A stretch of 64,000 nucleotides of DNA from Gammaproteobacteria bacterium (GTDB lineage: Bacteria; Pseudomonadota; Gammaproteobacteria; SZUA-140), in assembly GCA_020847075.1 (NCBI GenBank), contig JADLCS010000046.1, positions 70,295 through 134,294 on the forward strand, read 5' to 3'. A program made the translations under genes and the position numbers. The notes beneath the pieces are model-generated. The model was not told the origin of the DNA, ran no database searches, and worked only from the letters and a program-made list of their open reading frames with translations. This document shows, one piece after another, positions 1 to 9,538 of the stretch. The stretch's first letter is position 1; each line of letters opens with the position of its first letter.

Positions 1-57
1 AATCCATTACCTTAGCGACTCGAACTATCGGCGCGATTGAAAAGGAGGTTCACTCAC

Positions 58-408
58 ATGACTATTCGCAGATCCCTTGCTGTTTTCCTGCCGGGCGTGT
101 TGCTGCTCGGACTCGGCGGTTGCGCGACCAATTCGGCGGAACTGCAGCGCCTATCCGACGCGGTTGCGGCGGCTCAACGCAGCGCCGACGAATCCATGGG
201 CGTCGCCCAGGAGGCGCTCGATACCGCGAAGAAGGCGCGCAGCGATGCCGCCAGCGCCAGCGCCACCGCCCACAACGCGCTCGACACCGCGTCCCAGGCC
301 GCGGCCGTCGCCAACAAGGCCCAGGAAGACGCCGCGGCCGCCCGCGATGCGGCCGAGCGCGCTGAGGTCAAGGCCGAACGGATGTTCAACAAAGCGGTCA
401 GCAAGTAA
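58..408 (+). CDS. Lpp-like alanine-zipper outer-membrane lipoprotein with C-terminal Lys
   Basis: ORF 37..408 opens on TTG. AAGGAGG at 42-48 favours ATG 58. Signal peptide plus lipobox LGLGG|C, Ala/Gln/Asp-rich coiled-coil body, ends ...NKAVSK. Confidence 0.75.
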   Translation: MTIRRSLAVFLPGVLLLGLGGCATNSAELQRLSDAVAAAQRSADESMGVAQEALDTAKKARSDAASASATAHNALDTASQAAAVANKAQEDAAAARDAAERAEVKAERMFNKAVSK

Positions 409-435
409 TCCGGACACCGGACCGCCCCGCGCGCC

Positions 436-1623
436 TCAGGGCCGGCACTCGGTCAAGGCGCCGGGGCGGTCCGCCGCGACGATGCTGCCGGCATAGCCGG
501 TGGTCTGTCTGATCTCCTCCAGCGCCGCCAGCGCCCCGTCCCGGCCCGCGTAGGGACCGACCAGGACGTGGCAGTAACCGTCGTTCAGATTGGCGGATAC
601 CGTCACCGTGGCGCCCTGGGCACGCAGCTCTTCCGCCAGCCGGGCGGCGTTGCCGCGCTGGGCGAAGGCCCCGAGCTGCAACATCCAGCCTCGCGCGAGG
701 ATGGCGTCCGTCACCGCCAGCTCCGCCACCGGTTCGGGCATGCCCGATTCCCGCTTCACGACCGCGGCGACGCGATCGCGCAACGGCCCGGGATCGGCCG
801 CGCCGACCGCCGCCGCCGCGGCCAGCAGCGGAGTGAAGCGGTCCGCCGGCGGATGATCGGCGTCGACGACCGGCGCATGCGCCTCCAGCACGAGTTCCGC
901 GCCGTCGCGGCCGAGCTTGTAGGGCTGGTCGATGATCCAGACCGGGGCCGGCACGGCCACGTGCCGGAACAGGGTCTCGATGTCCTCCGGGTACAGGCGG
1001 ATGCAGCCGTGGCTGGCGCGCCGCCCTATCCCGTAGGGCTTGTTGGTGCCGTGGATCAGATAGCTGCTCATGCCGAGCCGCAGCGCGTGCGCGCCGAGCG
1101 GATTGTCCGGACCGGGCGGCACGACCACCGGCAGCGGATCCCCCATGCGCGCATGCTCCTCCAGGATCGAGGCCGGCACGGTCCATGACGGGTCCTTGAT
1201 CTTGCCGATCACCTCGGTGACCCCGAGCGGCGTACCCCAGCCCTCCTGCCCGATGCCGATGGGAAACGTCAGCACCACGGGCGCGTCCCCGGAGGGCTCC
1301 GGATAATAGTAGAGACGCATCTCGGCGACATTGACGATGATGCCCCGGCGCGGCGCGGCCGGCAGTACGAAGCGCGTGGGCAGCACCACCGTGCCGCCGG
1401 GCGGCGGCAGCCAGGGGTCCATGCCGGGATTGGCGGCCGTGATCTCGTTGTAACCGAGATCGTGCCGGCGCGCGATGTCGAGCAGGGTCTCGCCCTCCGC
1501 GACGACCGCACTGCCGACCTCGCCCACCACGTCCACGCCCGGCCCGGGCAGGAGGAAGCTCGCGCCCTCGGACGTCCCGCACGCGAGCAGGCCGGCGAGG
1601 CACAGGACCCGGCGCGCCCGCAT
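436..1623 (-). CDS. L,D-transpeptidase (LysM + YkuD catalytic domain + C-terminal SPOR)
   Basis: Within ORF 436..1884. Internal ATG at 1623 gives signal-like MRARRVLCLAGLLAC. LysM (LLDIARRHDLGYNEITAANP), YkuD motif HGTNKPYGIGRRASHGCIRL, and a SPOR-like tail (GWMLQLGAFAQRGNAARLAEEL...). Confidence 0.85.
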   Translation of the reverse strand: MRARRVLCLAGLLACGTSEGASFLLPGPGVDVVGEVGSAVVAEGETLLDIARRHDLGYNEITAANPGMDPWLPPPGGTVVLPTRFVLPAAPRRGIIVNVAEMRLYYYPEPSGDAPVVLTFPIGIGQEGWGTPLGVTEVIGKIKDPSWTVPASILEEHARMGDPLPVVVPPGPDNPLGAHALRLGMSSYLIHGTNKPYGIGRRASHGCIRLYPEDIETLFRHVAVPAPVWIIDQPYKLGRDGAELVLEAHAPVVDADHPPADRFTPLLAAAAAVGAADPGPLRDRVAAVVKRESGMPEPVAELAVTDAILARGWMLQLGAFAQRGNAARLAEELRAQGATVTVSANLNDGYCHVLVGPYAGRDGALAALEEIRQTTGYAGSIVAADRPGALTECRP

Positions 1624-1672
1624 CCCCGTCCCGCGGCCGTCCGCCGCCCGTCGCCCGCGAGCCACCGGAAAA

Positions 1673-2098
1673 TCAGCGCGGCGTATCCGCCGCGGCCTTC
1701 TCGACCGGCAGTCCGGCGGAGACCCAGCCGGGCATGTCGCCGGCGAGGTGGCGCAACGGACCGAAACCGGCCTGCGCCAGCGTATCCGCGGCGATCCCGG
1801 CGCGCCGGCCCGACTTGCAATACAGCACGATCGTCCTGTCCCGATAGGGACGCAATTCTTCCAGCCGCGCGGCGGCCTGGTCATGCGGAAGATTCACGGC
1901 GCCGGGGACATGGCCCGCCGCGTATTCCTCCGGCGTGCGCACATCGAGCACCAGCGGCGGGGTGGGCCCCTCCAGTTGCGCCTTCAGCTCTTCGCGCGTG
2001 ACATCCCCGATCGGCGCGGCCGACGCCGGCGCGAGCAGCCCGCACAGGAAAAGAAACAGAATCCCGGCCCGCAGGGCCGGATCGAAGTTGACTCGCAT
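1673..2098 (-). CDS. Periplasmic rhodanese-domain sulfurtransferase
   Basis: 141 aa with a signal peptide. Rhodanese fold motifs (LVLDVRTPEEYAAGHVPGAVNLP) and active-site loop CKSGRR. AGGAGGTG precedes the ATG. Confidence 0.85.
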   Translation of the reverse strand: MRVNFDPALRAGILFLFLCGLLAPASAAPIGDVTREELKAQLEGPTPPLVLDVRTPEEYAAGHVPGAVNLPHDQAAARLEELRPYRDRTIVLYCKSGRRAGIAADTLAQAGFGPLRHLAGDMPGWVSAGLPVEKAAADTPR

Positions 2099-2250
2099 GA
2101 TTCACCTCCTGTCGTTCGCCGCCAAATATATCACGATGCCCGGCCCGCCCGGCCCTGCGGCGGGCCGTCAATATTCCACCGCGCCGGTCGCTATTAGGAG
2201 AGCGGGCCGTCGCCCCGTCCGCCTACCCCGGATCCCCGCAGGTAATCTCG

Positions 2251-3018
2251 ATGGCAAAACGCTTACGCATCGCACTGCTCAGCCTCATCCTCGTGCTGGT
2301 CGCGCTGAACGCCTGGTTCACGCAGCGGGACATCACCGGCTGGGAACAGCCGCTGAGGGTCGCGATCTATCCGATCGATGCCGACCGGAGCCCGGTCACC
2401 GCGCACTATATCGCCGGGCTGCGGGCGGAGGCGTTTCAGCCCATCGAGGAATTCTTCCGGCGAGAGATCGGTCGCTACGGCCGCGGGCCGTCGCGGCCGG
2501 TGGAAATCACCCTGGCGCCGCCCCCGGTCTCCGCGCCGCCGGAGCTCCCGCAGGAACGGCGGGTGCTCCAGATCCTGCTGTGGAGCCTGCGCCTGCGCTA
2601 CTGGGCATGGACGACGGACGCTGCGCCGGGGCCGGCGCCGCAGATACGCCTGTTCGTGCAGTACTACGATCCCGCGCGCTTTCCGCGCCTGGATCATTCC
2701 GTGGGACTCTCCAAGGGCGCGCTCGCCCTGATCAAGGCCTTCGCCACCCGGACGATGGATGCGCAGAACAATGTCATCATCGCCCACGAGCTGCTGCACA
2801 CGCTGGGCGCCAGCGACAAATACGATCCGCGCACCAACCTCCCGCGCTACCCGGACGGCTACGCGGAACCGGAGCGGGAACCGCGCTATCCGCAAACCCG
2901 CGCCGAGATCATGGCGGGACGGACTCCGCTCTCGCCGAACCGGGCGGAGACGCCCCCCGGGCTGCCGTCGACGGTGGTCGGCCCCGCCACGGCGCGGGAA
3001 ATCGGCTGGCTCGACTAG
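2251..3018 (+). CDS. Membrane-anchored hypothetical protein with HExxHxxGxxD zinc-protease-like motif
   Basis: 255 aa. N-terminal TM (LRIALLSLILVLVALNAWF) and motif IIAHELLHTLGASDKYD. Confidence 0.6.
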   Translation: MAKRLRIALLSLILVLVALNAWFTQRDITGWEQPLRVAIYPIDADRSPVTAHYIAGLRAEAFQPIEEFFRREIGRYGRGPSRPVEITLAPPPVSAPPELPQERRVLQILLWSLRLRYWAWTTDAAPGPAPQIRLFVQYYDPARFPRLDHSVGLSKGALALIKAFATRTMDAQNNVIIAHELLHTLGASDKYDPRTNLPRYPDGYAEPEREPRYPQTRAEIMAGRTPLSPNRAETPPGLPSTVVGPATAREIGWLD

Positions 3019-3248
3019 CGCACCAGCGCGATCAGCAGCAGCACGAAGATCACTACCACGCCGACCGGCAGCAGGACACCGCGCCAGTCACGCTGCTCCG
3101 CCCGACGGCTCCTTTCCAAGGCCGCCCTGACGCCGGGCAGGGTCCACCACAGCACCAGCAGGATCACCACCGCCAGCACCGCCTGCTGCCACCACGTCAC
3201 CGCCCCCATCTCTCCCCCGCCTCGCGCCGCGTCGGTCCAGTCTAGCAC
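3015..3248 (-). CDS. Small two-TM membrane protein (hypothetical)
   Basis: 77-aa ORF with two hydrophobic helices (WWQQAVLAVVILLVLWW; VLLPVGVVVIFVLLLIALV). Start is uncertain (3248 or 3209). Its end overlaps the end of the convergent 2251..3018 gene by 4 nt. Confidence 0.4.
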   Translation of the reverse strand: MLDWTDAARGGGEMGAVTWWQQAVLAVVILLVLWWTLPGVRAALERSRRAEQRDWRGVLLPVGVVVIFVLLLIALVR

Positions 3249-3344
3249 GCGCCCGCCGCCCTCCGGCGCGGCTCAACAATTCGCGGGCGCGAACGCTAAC
3301 AAAGGGATACGGCCCGTCCCTACCGGAGCCGCGGGGAATCGATC

Positions 3345-4247
3345 ATGAAGACAAACGCGCAGGCCGCCACCGACGGGATGGAAACGACGCGGGATACCGC
3401 GCAGCGCTGGATCCGGGACGCCGCCAGCCTGGTCTCGCCGCCGGACATCTGCATCCGGGTATTCGAGCTGGTGGAATCGAACCAGGCCACCGCCCAGGAC
3501 CTGGGGGAGATCATCGGCTGCGATCCCAGCCTGACCGCCCGCCTGCTGCGCCTGGTCAACAGTTCCTTCTATCAGTTTTCGCGCCGGATCGACACCGTAT
3601 CGCGCGCCATCACCGTGGTCGGCATCAGCGAGCTGTACAATCTGGTGATCGCGGTATCGGCGGTCAAGTCGTTCTCGCGCATCCCCAGCTTCGTCGTCAA
3701 TATCGACACCTTCTGGCGCCACAGCGTCTCCTGCGGGATCATCGCGCGCATGCTGGCCAAACGCTGCGGGGTGCTCCATCCGGAACGCCTGTTCGTCGCC
3801 GGCCTGCTGCACGACATCGGCAGCCTGCTGATCTACAACCGCGTCCCCGAAACGGCGCGCGACCTGGTCCTGGCCGCGCGCGGCAACGAGACCCTCCTGC
3901 ACCGCACCGAACGCAAGGCCCTCGGATTCGGTCACGCCGAACTCGGCGGTCTGATGCTCGACCAGTGGCACCTGCCGGACGCCCTGCAGCAGGCGGTGCG
4001 CCATCATCATGAGCCGGCCGCCGCCGACGGACACGGACGCCTGGAGGCGGCGATCGTGCATATCGCCGACGCGCTGGCCAACCACGGCGAACAGGGCGCC
4101 TTCAGCGCCGAGGCGTCGGCGGAGCTGTTCATCGACGAGGACGTCTGGGAAACCACCGGCCTCTCCCTCACGCCCGACCTGCTGGACATGATCGTCGAGG
4201 AGACCCGGGAACAGTACCGGGACGCCGTCAACGTCCTGGGCTTCTGA
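3345..4247 (+). CDS. HDOD domain-containing signalling protein
   Basis: 300 aa. HDOD hallmarks: LGEIIGCDPSLTARLLRLVNSSFYQF...TVSRAITVVGISEL...AGLLHDIGSLLIY. Confidence 0.85.
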   Translation: MKTNAQAATDGMETTRDTAQRWIRDAASLVSPPDICIRVFELVESNQATAQDLGEIIGCDPSLTARLLRLVNSSFYQFSRRIDTVSRAITVVGISELYNLVIAVSAVKSFSRIPSFVVNIDTFWRHSVSCGIIARMLAKRCGVLHPERLFVAGLLHDIGSLLIYNRVPETARDLVLAARGNETLLHRTERKALGFGHAELGGLMLDQWHLPDALQQAVRHHHEPAAADGHGRLEAAIVHIADALANHGEQGAFSAEASAELFIDEDVWETTGLSLTPDLLDMIVEETREQYRDAVNVLGF

Positions 4248-4412
4248 GCCGTCCCGGGCGCGTCGCCGGGGCCGGCCCGCGCCGCGCGCCGGCACTTGTA
4301 TTCGGGCATTTCTCCCCCAATATCAATCACTCAGTCCCCGGCCCCCTGCATTGGCGCGGGCCGGCCCGAACACGTAGAATGCCCTGACGAACAGCGGAAA
4401 ACGGAAAACCCC

Positions 4413-7382
4413 ATGAAGATCGCGACACCGGCCCCCCGCCGCGCCTCCGCGGACGCGCCCGCCCGGGCCCACGAGGCCTTCGCCTGGATACGCAGCGAGC
4501 GCATCGAATCGCTCAATCTGACGGTGGAGGAGTATGAGCACCGGCGCACCGGGGCGCGCCACTATCACCTGAGCGCGGAGAACCCCGAGAACGTCTTTCT
4601 GGTCGCCTTCCGCACCGTCCCGATGGATTCGACCGGGGTGGCGCATATCCTCGAGCACACCGCGCTGTGCGGCAGCGAACGCTACCCGGTGCGCGACCCC
4701 TTCTTCATGATGATCCGGCGCTCGCTCAATACCTTCATGAACGCCTTCACCAGCAGCGACTGGACGGCCTACCCCTTCGCCAGCCAGAATCGGAAGGATT
4801 TCAACAATCTGCTCGATGTCTACCTGGATGCCGTCTTCTTCGCGCGGCTGGACGAGCTGGACTTCGCGCAGGAAGGACACCGCGTCGAGTTCGAGGAGGC
4901 CGCCGATCCGGGCAGCCGCCTGGTCTACAAGGGCGTGGTCTACAACGAGATGAAGGGGGCGATGAGCTCCCCCGTCAGCACCCTCTGGCAGGGCCTCAGC
5001 CAGCGTCTCTATCCGACCACCACCTATCACTACAACAGCGGCGGCGATCCGGAACATATCCCCGAGCTGAGCCATGCCCAGCTCAAGGAGTTCTACCGCA
5101 CGCACTATCATCCGTCCAACGCGGTGTTCCTGACCTACGGCAACATCCCGGCGCACGAGCATCAGGCGCGCTTCGAAGAGCGCGCCCTGGCGCGCTTCCA
5201 GCGCCTCGACGAGGTCATCGCCGTGCCGGACGAGTCCCGCTACGACCGGCCGCTCGAAGCGGAGGACGGCTACGCGCTGGAGGAGGAAGACACCGGGGCC
5301 GCCAAGACGCATATCGTACTGGGCTGGCTGCTCGGCCGCAGCACCGAGTTGGAGGACCTGCTCAAGGCGCACCTGTTGTCCAATATCCTGCTCGACAACG
5401 GCGCCTCGCCCCTGCGCCACGCGCTGGAAAGCACCAAGCTGGGCAGCGCCCCTTCCCCCCTGTGCGGTCTCGAGGATTCCAACCGCGAGATGGCCTTCGT
5501 CTGCGGCGTCGAGGGCAGCCGGCCGGAACAGGCCGAGGCCGTGGAGGCGCTGATCCTCGGCGTGCTGCGCGAAGTCGCCGAGCGCGGCGTACCGCAGGAG
5601 ATGGTCGACGCCGCCCTGCATCAGCTCGAGCTGCATCAGCGCGAGATCGGAGGCGATTCCTATCCCTACGGCCTGCAGTTGATCCTCGGCGCGCTGCCGA
5701 CCGCCATCCACCGCGGCGATCCGATCGCGGTGCTCAATCTCGATCCGGTGCTGGAACGCCTGCGGGCGGAGATCCGCGACCCCGATTTCGTCAAACGGCA
5801 GGTGCGCGCGCTGTTGCTCGACAACCCGCATCGCGTGCGCCTGACCATGAGCCCCGACCCGGGGTTGAGCGCCCGCCGCGGCGCCGCCGAGGCGGGACGG
5901 CTGGAGGCGATCCGCGCCGCGCTGTCGGCGGAGGAGCGGCAGGGCATCGTCGCGCGCGCCGCCGAGCTGCAGGAACGCCAGGCGCGCCACGACGACCCGG
6001 AGATCCTGCCCAAGGTGGGGCTCGACGACATCCCCGCCGACCTGTACATCCCCGAGGGCGCGCGCGAGACGCTCGGGCCGTGGGAGACGACCTTTTATCC
6101 CCAGGGCACCAACGGGTTGGTCTACCAGCAGCTCGTGATCGAACTGCCGCAGCTGGACGACGAACTGCTCGCCTGTCTGCCCTACTACACCCGCGCCCTG
6201 TCCGAGCTCGGCTGCGGCGGCCGCGACTATCTCGCCACCCAGGTGCGCCAGTCGCAGGTCTGCGGCGACATCAACGCCTACACCAGCCTGCGCGGCCGCA
6301 TCGACGACGTACAGGCGATCCGCGCCCATTTCATCCTGTCCGGCAAGGCGCTCGCCAGCCGTCACGCCGAGTTCAGCGCGCTCATGCGCGAGACGCTCGA
6401 GACCGTGCGCTTCGACGAGGTGGGCCGCCTGCGCGAGATCATCGCCCAGGAGCGCGCGCGCATGGAGCAGAGCGTCACCGGCCGCGGCCACTCGCTCGCC
6501 ATGGGCGCCGCCGCCAGCGGCATGAGCCCGGGCGCGGACATCAATCATCGCCTGCGCGGGCTGGCCGGCATCCGCGCACTCAAGCGGCTCGACGACTCAC
6601 TCGACGGGGCGGAGGAACTGGCGCGCTTCGCCGAACGGCTCGCCCGCATCCATGCGCTCGTCCTGCGCGCGCCGCGCCAGTTCGTCCTGATCGGCGAGCG
6701 CGAACGCCACGACCTGTTGCGCCGCGACCTGGAGACCGTATGGAAGGGCGCGACCGCGGCCTCGGCCGCCGGCTTCGCGCCGTTCACCCGCCCGCCGGTG
6801 CGCCGCCCGGTGCGCCAGCTCTGGACCACCAGCACCGAGGTCAACTTCTGCGCCAAGGTGTACCCGACGGTCTCGATCGAGCACGCGGACGCCGCCGCGC
6901 TCGAGGTGCTGGGCGGCTTCCTGCGCAATGGTTTCCTGCACCGCGCGATCCGCGAACAGGGCGGCGCCTACGGCGGCGGCGCCGGCCACGACCCCGACAT
7001 CGCGGCCTTCCGCTTCTACTCCTATCGCGACCCCCGCCTGGAGGAAACGCTGCGGGACTTCGATCAGGCGATCGACTGGCTGCTCGACACGCGCCACGAA
7101 CCGCGCCAACTGGAAGAGGCGATCCTCGGGGTGATCGGCGCGATCGACAAGCCGGGTTCGCCGGCCGGCGAGGCCAAGTCGGCCTTCCATAACACTCTCT
7201 ACGGGCGCACCCCGGCCCAGCGCCAGCGTTACCGCATGCGCGTGATCGGGGTCACGCTGGACGATCTGCGCCGCGTCGGAGAGACCTATCTCAAACCGGA
7301 ACGGGCCAGCCAGGCGGTCGTCACCAGCGCCGCCGCCGCACAACGGTGCGACGACCTCGGCATGGAAATCCTGCCGCTGTAG
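4413..7382 (+). CDS. Peptidase M16C family (PreP/presequence-protease-like insulinase)
   Basis: Within ORF 4296..7382, ATG at 4413 (MKIATPAP...). Inverted zinc motif HILEHTALCGS plus a conserved M16C N-terminal region; about 990 aa. Confidence 0.85.
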   Translation: MKIATPAPRRASADAPARAHEAFAWIRSERIESLNLTVEEYEHRRTGARHYHLSAENPENVFLVAFRTVPMDSTGVAHILEHTALCGSERYPVRDPFFMMIRRSLNTFMNAFTSSDWTAYPFASQNRKDFNNLLDVYLDAVFFARLDELDFAQEGHRVEFEEAADPGSRLVYKGVVYNEMKGAMSSPVSTLWQGLSQRLYPTTTYHYNSGGDPEHIPELSHAQLKEFYRTHYHPSNAVFLTYGNIPAHEHQARFEERALARFQRLDEVIAVPDESRYDRPLEAEDGYALEEEDTGAAKTHIVLGWLLGRSTELEDLLKAHLLSNILLDNGASPLRHALESTKLGSAPSPLCGLEDSNREMAFVCGVEGSRPEQAEAVEALILGVLREVAERGVPQEMVDAALHQLELHQREIGGDSYPYGLQLILGALPTAIHRGDPIAVLNLDPVLERLRAEIRDPDFVKRQVRALLLDNPHRVRLTMSPDPGLSARRGAAEAGRLEAIRAALSAEERQGIVARAAELQERQARHDDPEILPKVGLDDIPADLYIPEGARETLGPWETTFYPQGTNGLVYQQLVIELPQLDDELLACLPYYTRALSELGCGGRDYLATQVRQSQVCGDINAYTSLRGRIDDVQAIRAHFILSGKALASRHAEFSALMRETLETVRFDEVGRLREIIAQERARMEQSVTGRGHSLAMGAAASGMSPGADINHRLRGLAGIRALKRLDDSLDGAEELARFAERLARIHALVLRAPRQFVLIGERERHDLLRRDLETVWKGATAASAAGFAPFTRPPVRRPVRQLWTTSTEVNFCAKVYPTVSIEHADAAALEVLGGFLRNGFLHRAIREQGGAYGGGAGHDPDIAAFRFYSYRDPRLEETLRDFDQAIDWLLDTRHEPRQLEEAILGVIGAIDKPGSPAGEAKSAFHNTLYGRTPAQRQRYRMRVIGVTLDDLRRVGETYLKPERASQAVVTSAAAAQRCDDLGMEILPL

Positions 7383-7417
7383 CCGGCCGCCCGACGGACC
7401 GCCTCCCCGAGACCCCG

Positions 7418-8242
7418 GTGCAAAAGTCCCTGTACCTTTATTGCGCCGTCGCCGGCGCCGTTTGCGCAGCGACGGCGCGGGGCGACATCGTCATCGAAGG
7501 CAGGGACGCCGCGGGACAGGCCAGTCGCGTGACCATCGGCGCCGACGCGGCCAGGATCGACGGCCCGGACGCGGGGCTGTACATGCTGCTCGATCTTTCG
7601 TCGCAGCGCGTGCTCGCGGTCGATGTCCGCGACGGTTTCGCCATGGACCTCGCCTCGCCCCGACCCCAGCGCTCAGAGCACGCGCAAACGGCCGCGGGCG
7701 GCATCGCCGAGCCGCATGTGCGCCTCGATGACGCCGGGGCGGGGCCCGACATCGCCGGCTACCCGACGCGTCGTTACCGGATCCTGGTCGAGGACACCTA
7801 CTGCCGCGACGAGTATCTCGCCCGCGCGCCGCTGGAGGCGCCCGGCATCCGCCGCTTCATCGAGCTCATGGCGGCCGCTTCCGAAGATCGCGATCATCGC
7901 GTCCTCACCCTGCTGACCGCGCCGGAGCGCCTGTGCGAGGTCGCCGACGACCTCATCGACGATCACTATCCGCGGCTCGGCCTCCCGCTGCGCAGCACCG
8001 ATCGCGACGGCGGGACGATCCATGACATCACGCACATCCGGCTCGACGCGCCGACGCGGCCCGCGTTGCTCGAATTGCCGGGAAATTATCCGGTGCTCAC
8101 CCGCGCGCAGGTGCTCGAACGCGCGGGCGGCGGAAAACCGGACGCGGCGGAGGTGGCGGACAGGGCGCGCCGCATCCAGGAACGCATCGAAGAGATCGAG
8201 GGCCAGGGCGGCAGGACGGAGCCGTCCGCCCCGCCGCCCTGA
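7418..8242 (+). CDS. Hypothetical secreted protein
   Basis: ORF 7346..8242 overlaps the previous gene. GTG at 7418 gives a signal-like VQKSLYLYCAVAGAVCAATARG. No recognisable domain. Confidence 0.55.
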   Translation: MQKSLYLYCAVAGAVCAATARGDIVIEGRDAAGQASRVTIGADAARIDGPDAGLYMLLDLSSQRVLAVDVRDGFAMDLASPRPQRSEHAQTAAGGIAEPHVRLDDAGAGPDIAGYPTRRYRILVEDTYCRDEYLARAPLEAPGIRRFIELMAAASEDRDHRVLTLLTAPERLCEVADDLIDDHYPRLGLPLRSTDRDGGTIHDITHIRLDAPTRPALLELPGNYPVLTRAQVLERAGGGKPDAAEVADRARRIQERIEEIEGQGGRTEPSAPPP

Positions 8243-8287
8243 GCGCGCGGCCAACCGCACCCTCCCCACCCAGCCGGAAAAGAGGTC

Positions 8288-9454
8288 ATGGACCAGAAAA
8301 TCTATTATGTAGACGACGCGGAAACGCTGAATGAACTGTGCCGGCGCAGCGCGGGCAGGCCCTGGATCGCGCTCGACACCGAATTCCTGCGCGAGAGCAC
8401 CTATTATCCGCGCCTTTGCCTGCTCCAGCTCGCCACCGACGATACCCTCGCCTGCGTCGATCCGCTCGCGATTCCACGCCTCGACCCGCTCGTCGAGATC
8501 CTGTTCGATCCCGCCGTCACCAAGGTGTTCCACGCCTGCGGGCAGGACATGGAGATCTTTTATCACGACCATGGCCGGTTGCCGAACCCCGTCTTCGACA
8601 CCCAGTCCGCGGCGCCGCTGCTCGGCCTGCCGAATCAGGCGAGCTACGCCGCGTTGGTGCAGGATCTGCTGGGGAAGACGCTGTCCAAGGCGCATACGCG
8701 CACCGACTGGTCACGCCGCCCGCTCGCGAGCGCGCAGATCGAATACGCGCTCGACGACGTGCGCTATCTCGGCCCGCTTTATCTGAAGCTGCAGGCGGCC
8801 CTGGAAGAGCGCGGCCGCCTCGCCTGGCTGCGGGAGGATTTCGCCGCGCTGTCCGATCCCGAGCGTTACCGCAATCCGCCCGAGCTGGCCTGGCGCCGTA
8901 TCCGCGCGGCCGGCCGGCTCTCGGGCCGGCGCCTGGCGATACTCAAGGCGCTGGCCGCCTGGCGCGAGGAACGCGCCCGGAAGGAGGATCGCCCGCGCGG
9001 CTGGATACTGCCGGACGAGGCGCTGATCGACATCGTGCGCCTGGGGCCCGGTGACGCGGAGCAACTCGCCAGCCTGCGCTCGGTCAAGCGCCAGGCCGTC
9101 CAGGAATACGGCGCGGAGATTCTCGCGCTGGTCCGCCAGGCCAAGGCCGCGCCGACGGCCGGCCCGGAGGCGCCGCCCGTCGAGCGCGCCGGTCCGCTCG
9201 ACCCGCGCCAGGAGGCCCTGGCCGACATCATGATGGCGCTCGTGCGCGTCCGCGGGGCCGAGAACGCGATCAACCCGAGCATGCTGGCGTCGCGCGAGGA
9301 ACTGGCACGCCTGATCCTGGGGGAGCGGGACGTGGAGATCCTGCACGGCTGGAAAAAGGGCCTGATCGGAGATGACCTGCTGAGGCTCATGGCGGGGCAT
9401 CTGGTCCCGCGCATCGAGCATGGCGCGCCGCGCTTCGATCCCGCGCCTGGCTAA
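8288..9454 (+). CDS. rnd: Ribonuclease D
   Basis: 388 aa. DEDD 3'-5' exonuclease motifs (IALDTEFLRESTYYPRLCLLQLA; HACGQDMEIF; YALDDVRYL) followed by an HRDC region. Confidence 0.9.
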   Translation: MDQKIYYVDDAETLNELCRRSAGRPWIALDTEFLRESTYYPRLCLLQLATDDTLACVDPLAIPRLDPLVEILFDPAVTKVFHACGQDMEIFYHDHGRLPNPVFDTQSAAPLLGLPNQASYAALVQDLLGKTLSKAHTRTDWSRRPLASAQIEYALDDVRYLGPLYLKLQAALEERGRLAWLREDFAALSDPERYRNPPELAWRRIRAAGRLSGRRLAILKALAAWREERARKEDRPRGWILPDEALIDIVRLGPGDAEQLASLRSVKRQAVQEYGAEILALVRQAKAAPTAGPEAPPVERAGPLDPRQEALADIMMALVRVRGAENAINPSMLASREELARLILGERDVEILHGWKKGLIGDDLLRLMAGHLVPRIEHGAPRFDPAPG

Positions 9455-9538
9455 AGGCGTTTCAATCGCGCCGCGGTCGGCCTTCGGCAATCTCCATCGC
9501 GCCGGCCGGAACCGCGCGCAGGGAAAGACACCGCGCGC

